From: an uncultured Hormoscilla sp.
Lineage (GTDB): Bacteria > Cyanobacteriota > Cyanobacteriia > Cyanobacteriales > Desertifilaceae
DNA: 64,000 bases
Assembly: GCA_963921275.4 (NCBI GenBank)
Contig: OZ001293.3
Span: 2,624,001-2,688,000 of the forward strand
Reading direction: 5' to 3'
Shown piece by piece: positions 58,042 to 64,000 of the stretch (position 1 is the first letter of the stretch; each line of letters begins with the position of its first letter). The notes under the pieces are model-generated. The model worked only from the letters and a program-made list of their open reading frames with translations. It was not told the origin of the DNA and ran no database searches. The position numbers and the translations under genes were made by a program.

Positions 58042-59739
58042 ATGACAATGAATTTGATTAACCAGTTGGGGGAATGGAATCCCCAGTTGTTCCGAGAAGT
58101 AAAAGGCAGGCTGAAAAGTCGTAATGGCGCGATCGCCCTGGGAGTTTCGGTTTTTAGCCAGTTGCTATTAGTCTTGGTTTTTGTGGAAAAACTGCCGGGT
58201 CGGGAAATCCAGCGTTCCGGAAAAATCGGACATAGATACTGCACGGGCGGTGTGGAGGCATTATCTGATTATGTGAAGTACCACCAATGCCTCATGGATG
58301 CCTTCGGCAATCCGGATATAAACTGGCAGTTGTGGTGGACAGATATCTTTATCTGGATGAGCGCGATCGGCATCTTCACTATGTTAATAGTGGGGACATA
58401 TATGCTGATCGGCGACCTGGACCAGGAAGAACGTCGCGGCACCTTGAACTTCATTCGCCTCAGTCCCCAGTCTACTCAAAGTATTTTGACTGGTAAACTG
58501 CTAGGGGTGCCGATTTGGCTCTATGTTGCCAGTATCCTGGCCATGCCATTGCATCTGTGGTCGGGAGTCGCGGCGCAGGTTCCTTTGAGTCTGATTTTTA
58601 CCTTCTACGGGGTAACTTTTGCCAGTTGCGTTTTCTTCTACAGTGCCGCGCTGCTGTTTGGTTTAGTCAATTCCTGGATGGGAGGGCTTCAAGCTTGGTT
58701 GGCCAGTGGGATGCTGCTCTTTTTTTTGACGGGCACAACTGCTATGCGGATTCCGGAAAACCCAATGGATCTGCTGAATTTACTTTCTCCCTCTACTCTG
58801 CTGGTCTATCTGGTTCCCGACCAGTTTGCAGAATATGTGGAGATTTTTGGTTACAGTGCTGAGACTCTACTGTCTGATTTACATGATTGGCTGTGGTTTC
58901 ACTTGCATATCGGTGCCAGTTCGGTTACGATCGCAGGGTTTATGGTGTTAAATTACGGCCTGTGGACAATCTGGATTTGGCAAGCCCTGAACCGTCGTTT
59001 CCACAATCCTAATAGTACCACCCTGAGTAAGGCCCATAGCTATTGGTTAGTGGGGGGCTTGGAAGTTTTGATGGTGGGATTTGCCCCCCTGTACGGTTCA
59101 CATAATGACTTTTCCGCAAGCTTGAGTTTATTACTGTTAGGGAATCTGTGGCTGTTTGCTGGTTTAATCGCAGCATTGTCACCCGGACGGCAAGCTTGTA
59201 TTGATTGGGCCCGTTACCGACATCAGTCAGGCGATCGCCGCAAGCATCTTTGGCAAGATTTGATGTGGGGTGAGAAAAGTCCGGCGGTAGTGGCGATCGC
59301 CCTTAACTTGCTCGAAGCTCATCTCATCCTATTACCCTGGGTTCTCCTGCACCAAAACTTAGACTACAAAATAGAGGCGATCGGTTATCTGCTTTTGAGC
59401 ATGTCTATCCTGATGCTATACGCTTCGATCGCCCAGCTGATGTTATTAATGAAAACGCAGAAACCGGGGCTGTGGGCAGCTAGCACCGTAGGGGCAGCAA
59501 TTTGCTTGCCACCATTTATGTTAGCGGTGCTGTCCATTTCCCCAGGAGAAAATAATCTGCTGTGGATGCTTACAGCCTTTCCCTGGGCGGCCTTTAAGTA
59601 CGCATCAGCCATGACAGTCGTTGTCTCCTTCGTCGGACAGTTAGGCGTCGCAGGCATGTTAAACTGGCAATTGACGCGGCAGCTTCGACTTGCTGGAGCA
59701 TCAGCATCCAAATCCCTCTCCCTAAAGCCCCAACCCTAA
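58042..59739 (+). CDS. ABC exporter permease-like membrane protein
   Basis: WNPQLFREVKGRLK, EERRGTLNFIRLSPQ, many TM segments. Confidence 0.8.
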   Translation: MTMNLINQLGEWNPQLFREVKGRLKSRNGAIALGVSVFSQLLLVLVFVEKLPGREIQRSGKIGHRYCTGGVEALSDYVKYHQCLMDAFGNPDINWQLWWTDIFIWMSAIGIFTMLIVGTYMLIGDLDQEERRGTLNFIRLSPQSTQSILTGKLLGVPIWLYVASILAMPLHLWSGVAAQVPLSLIFTFYGVTFASCVFFYSAALLFGLVNSWMGGLQAWLASGMLLFFLTGTTAMRIPENPMDLLNLLSPSTLLVYLVPDQFAEYVEIFGYSAETLLSDLHDWLWFHLHIGASSVTIAGFMVLNYGLWTIWIWQALNRRFHNPNSTTLSKAHSYWLVGGLEVLMVGFAPLYGSHNDFSASLSLLLLGNLWLFAGLIAALSPGRQACIDWARYRHQSGDRRKHLWQDLMWGEKSPAVVAIALNLLEAHLILLPWVLLHQNLDYKIEAIGYLLLSMSILMLYASIAQLMLLMKTQKPGLWAASTVGAAICLPPFMLAVLSISPGENNLLWMLTAFPWAAFKYASAMTVVVSFVGQLGVAGMLNWQLTRQLRLAGASASKSLSLKPQP

Positions 59740-59871
59740 AGGGTAGGGCTACAAGAACAAAGCCCGCCTGCGCGGGCTAGCTTCTCTGTAGGGTGGGCGG
59801 TGCCCACCGCCTCTCTTTTCCTTCACAGAGTCAGAAAACGAGAGTACAAATATCAATTGAGGAAAGCGGTT

Positions 59872-61413
59872 ATGAACATACTTGTGCTAAATCAAATGAG
59901 CGAGTGGAATGCCCAGTTTTTTCGAGAAATCAAAGGGCGGCTCAAAACTCGATCGGTGATGATTGCAGTTTTGACATCTCTGCTGGGTCAAGCTATGTTA
60001 ATGATGGTTTGTTCCCAAAGCAAATGTCTCAGATATGCTGCTGACAGATCTTGTGCCCTGTATGACTGGCAGTTCCAGTGGTCGATCGCCTTCAGGTTTC
60101 TGGACTGGTGCCTACCCTTCATCCTGCTAGTTTGCGGTGTCTATCTGCTGATCGGAGATTTGGCGAAAGAGAGACGTCGCGGCACCCTGAATTTTATTCG
60201 TTTAAGTCCCCAGTCCAGCCAGAGCATTTTCCTAGGCAAACTGCTAGGAGTGCCTGTATTGGTGTATTTAGGAGTTGCTCTCGCAATTCCCTTGCACTTG
60301 GTGTCTGGCTTAGGATCTGGAAGGTCATTGATTGGGATTTTAGCTATCTATAGCCTTTGGACGGCTGGTTGTTGTCTGTTTTATACAACCGCTCTCCTGC
60401 TGACTTTCCTGGGTAATGCTGAATGGGGAGAACAATCTCCTGCTGGGGGTGGTGGCTTCTTGGCGAGTGTCCTGGCAATGCCTTACATCAGTCTAATTTA
60501 TGGTAGCTGGGATTTGTACAGTTCCAAATATCCCCCCGATTGGAAATGGTTCTTTTTGCCAATTGGCTCGGTGCCAATATTTGCCTATGGCTTGGCAATG
60601 GTGACCTTGGGAACGGCAAGTTACTGGATTTGGCAAGCCTTGAATCGTCGTTACCAGAATCCTAACAGTACCCTCTTGAGCAAACAGCAGAGTTATTGGC
60701 TAACGGCTAGCTTTCAAATTTTGCTTTTGGGGTTCTTTTGGCGAGAAATATCGGCCCATGCTGGCGTTCTCTACGGCCAGCTATTATTTGTCAGCATTGT
60801 GAATTTATTCGGGTTTTTGGCTCTAATAATGGCGCTTTCGCCTCACCGCCAAGCTTGCCTTGATTGGGCCCGTTATCGGCATCAGCAAGAGTATCGTCGT
60901 CCGCGTAGCGTGCGCGCAGCGCATTCTTTGCTACAGGATCTGATCTGGGGTGAAAAAAGTCCAGCCGTTCTGGCGATCGCGGTCAATATCGCCCTTACTG
61001 CTGCGATCTGGATGCCTTGGGTGCTGTTGTGGCCTGAAGGTGAGGAAAAGATGGCAGCAGTTGCGGGGATGTTGATCTGTGCTAATTTGATCTTGATTTA
61101 TGGGGCGATCGCGCAGTTAGTGCTATTGAGCAAATTACCGAAGCGGGCATCTCTCGCAACTAGCACGGTTTTCGCTAGTGTAGTATTACCACTTATTATT
61201 GCGGGCTCCTTGATGGAGAAAATAACTCCTATGTTCTTGATGTTTGCAGTTTTTTGCAGCGCATTTTGGGCTATAGGAGAAGCATCCGCGATCGGGATTT
61301 TGATGGCAATCTTGGGTCAATGGAGTATCCTGGGATTGTTGAACTTCCAACTGACGCGCCAGTTAAGAAAATTTGGAGAATCTCATTCCCAAGCGCTTCT
61401 CGCTGGAGGTTAA
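59872..61413 (+). CDS. Paralogous ABC permease-like membrane protein
   Basis: Same motifs as preceding gene; 7-aa micro-insertion at 60902-60923. Confidence 0.8.
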   Translation: MNILVLNQMSEWNAQFFREIKGRLKTRSVMIAVLTSLLGQAMLMMVCSQSKCLRYAADRSCALYDWQFQWSIAFRFLDWCLPFILLVCGVYLLIGDLAKERRRGTLNFIRLSPQSSQSIFLGKLLGVPVLVYLGVALAIPLHLVSGLGSGRSLIGILAIYSLWTAGCCLFYTTALLLTFLGNAEWGEQSPAGGGGFLASVLAMPYISLIYGSWDLYSSKYPPDWKWFFLPIGSVPIFAYGLAMVTLGTASYWIWQALNRRYQNPNSTLLSKQQSYWLTASFQILLLGFFWREISAHAGVLYGQLLFVSIVNLFGFLALIMALSPHRQACLDWARYRHQQEYRRPRSVRAAHSLLQDLIWGEKSPAVLAIAVNIALTAAIWMPWVLLWPEGEEKMAAVAGMLICANLILIYGAIAQLVLLSKLPKRASLATSTVFASVVLPLIIAGSLMEKITPMFLMFAVFCSAFWAIGEASAIGILMAILGQWSILGLLNFQLTRQLRKFGESHSQALLAGG

Positions 61414-61703
61414 GTTTGGTCTGGTTGTGAAAGTAGGGTGAGCACCTTTGTTAATGCACTAGCGACAAGATGCTGCAAATGAATGCATCTCAATCTCTCT
61501 CGCCCTTTACAAAAGTTTACATGGGGCCCCAGATATCTCTTTCGTTGGCTATAATCAGCAGAAAGTCTCGCTATTGAAGAGTAAGTGGAAGGCCAAATGC
61601 TAGATATCTCTTTCGTTGGCTATAATCAGGATAAGGTCTCGCTATTGAACGGCAATCTGGGCAGGCGATCGCCTGCTGCTTGTAGTATAAGGAGAAAATC
61701 ACC

Positions 61704-61967
61704 ATGCAGATCGCGATCAAACTTCCCTCGGACATAGTAAATCAACTACAATATGTCAACATTTCCCGCCGAATTTTAGAACTAATCGCAGCCGATCGCT
61801 ATCGGCAAGGTCATATTGGAGCTGCCGAAGTCCGGCGAATGCTCAATTTTTTCTCTCGTTGGGAAACTTATGAATTTCTTAAGCGTGAAAAAGTATACTT
61901 GCCATATACTGAAGAGGATTTAGAGCAGGATTCAGAAGCGATTCGCAACCTTTTAGGCACCGAATGA
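61704..61967 (+). CDS. UPF0175-like antitoxin followed by a truncated PIN-like gene (61964-62036)
   Basis: SRWETYEFLKREKVYLPYTEEDLEQD; next MIIVSNTSPINHLILIG. Confidence 0.7.
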   Translation: MQIAIKLPSDIVNQLQYVNISRRILELIAADRYRQGHIGAAEVRRMLNFFSRWETYEFLKREKVYLPYTEEDLEQDSEAIRNLLGTE

Positions 61968-62060
61968 TTATTGTATCCAACACTTCCCCTATTAACCACT
62001 TGATTTTGATTGGGAACATCCACTTGTTACCTGAACCCACTCTACTTGAGGAGATGTATT

Positions 62061-64000
62061 ATGACTAATGCTTTACCGGGAAAAAGAGAATTTTGGGGTA
62101 ATTTAGTCCAAGGTGTTAAGGCGATGGCGATATTGGCGCCGCGAACTTACATGACGGATGAAAATACGAAAACTGAATACCTCCGAGTCAAGGATTGCGA
62201 AAAGATCGAAAAGTTCTGCACGCAGATGAAGCAAGTAGAAATGCAGTTGCAGGTGTTGCAGCAGGAGAAAAACCTAGCGTTTCCAGCGGAACAAGGGGAG
62301 TTGAACCGCCAACTGCAAGGGGAACTCGCCCGACTCAACGACTTTCAAGCGGAACAAGAAGAGTTGAAGCGCCAATTGCAAGAAAAATACACCCCGCAAA
62401 AATACACCTACGGCGGCTATAAGCGAGATGAGGATGAGGATGAGTATTCATGGGAAGTAGGAATATTAAACCGCCAACTGCAAGAGGAACTCGCCCGACT
62501 TACCCGCGACTTTCAAGCTAACGAAGGTAAACTCAACCGCCAACACGCCCTTCAGATAGAACTTTTTCAGGAAAACTTGCAACAATCTCTGATCGCGCAA
62601 CAGAAGCAATTCTAATTAGAATGGAAACAAATGGATGCGGAACTGTACCTGGAACTGAGGAAAGGATACAGAAGAAGATATGAACCGAATAGTTCACCCC
62701 TTTGGTTATCTGCGGTAAATTTAATTGATGCCGATGCCGATACAAGAGACAGTTTTATGCTGGTATTACCCTCGCCTCCCGCCTTGCCTCACGACAGATC
62801 AAAAGCGGCGGGGGGGACGCGAGGGTTCCCAGAAATGGAGCGATTTTTGGGAAAAAGTTTGCGCAGTTTCTTTGAAAAGTATACTCAGAATGGGAGACAG
62901 ATCTGGTTTCTCGCGGGCGCTTGGAGGAGTAAAGGATTCCATAGCGAAGCTGCAACCAACGCGATTTTCTAAGACTTGTGTTCAGAACCGGTTCTGATTT
63001 TAGAGTCAGCAGTAGAAGGGGGAGATTTTAATTTAAATTTTGGTTACTGGGTAAATTGGCTGGACTATCGCTACGAAACAGCCATTTCTTTTCCTTGGCA
63101 AGAGGTGCTTTACGAGTTTGCGAAGATGCGGACTTGGCGTTGGAAGCAAAAGCGAGACGACTATATTGCCGCTGGCAAAGATCAAAGAAAATTTGACAAG
63201 CGCTATGGCCAGGAAGGCGTTGCCGGGTTTATGAAAAACCTAGAAATTATTGAATTAGAACGGGAATGTCTGGAGGAAGGAGAGGATCTGACGGAAATAG
63301 AACGACCTTACAGCGTTCATCAAAAGGATTACCAGAAATTGCAAGAGTTCATTGCCAACTGTCACTGCTTGTTTGCGGGGTTGCTGGCGGATGAATATTT
63401 CCTGCTGCACGTTCCCATTAATGACAGAAAACCGCCTTTGTTGCCGCAGTTACTCGCCGACTTGATCGAGGGAATGCCAGAACAGGAGTTGCAAAATCTG
63501 GTAGAATTGGTGGTAGCCTTCTACGAAACTCTCTATCAGGGGATCGGGGAGTTGGAGTCGGGTTGGGTTCCGGAACTGAAGTTGGATCTGGCGGCAAGTT
63601 TGCAGCACTTACCCCAGCAGTTTGGGGCGAAGCAACAGGTAGACGCATCGATGCAAGCGTGGTTGCAAAGGCGAGGAATGACTCCGGATGGGGATCTGTT
63701 GGCGCAGGTGGAGTCGGCGTTGACTGTTGCGGACCGGGAATATGTGGAGAAACTGAATCAATGTTTGCTATTCTTGGGTGAGGAACGTCAACTGAATGTG
63801 GCGAAGGCTTGCTACGATCGGGGGATACAGCGCTGCACCCGGGAAGAGTACGTGACAGCAATTGCCGATTTCGACCAGGTAATCGCACTCGAACACGAGT
63901 TGGTAGAAGCATATTACAATCGCGGGCTGGCTCGTGCTAAGGTAGAACGGCACGAAGAGGCAATTCAAGATTATACGGAAGTGTTGCAACTTCAGCCCAG
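62061..64000 (+). pseudogene. Coiled-coil plus TPR protein, multiply broken, runs off window end
   Basis: In-frame TAA at 62613, further breaks; 3' end encodes AIADFDQV..AYYNRGLA..EAIQDYTEVLQLQP. Confidence 0.7.

Overview
Chromosomal window from a cyanobacterium (HIP1 octamer GCGATCGC throughout, petC-petA, heptamer STRR-type repeats, Uma2/DUF29/DUF433 genes), probably a filamentous type undergoing genome decay, since at least a dozen genes carry nonsense or frameshift lesions. Housekeeping genes (dprA, queG, tldD/tldE, petCA, GH57, leuB, ABC exporter) alternate with toxin-antitoxin, restriction-modification and orphan-gene patches. The main unannotated structure is non-coding. (1) Four near-identical 871-872 nt ORF-less group II introns plus a diverged fifth; their EBS1 loops match their insertion sites, and reading-frame restoration of all four host genes places the 3' end at a non-canonical ...CCCCATCC. 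(2) A chimeric dead RT-encoding intron marking a deletion of most of a PAS histidine kinase gene. (3) A 15-nt micro-element (ACCGTTCCGGAAAAA) found 8 times, mostly in-frame in genes, plus 53-nt and 21-24-nt elements, one nested inside it in leuB. (4) A cassette-like array (44-50 kb) in which genes end next to a conserved 33-nt box that is itself the target of the fifth intron. (5) Tandem promoter-plus-ncRNA-like units upstream of a broken DUF6603-type cluster. All family names come from motif recognition by eye, not database searches.
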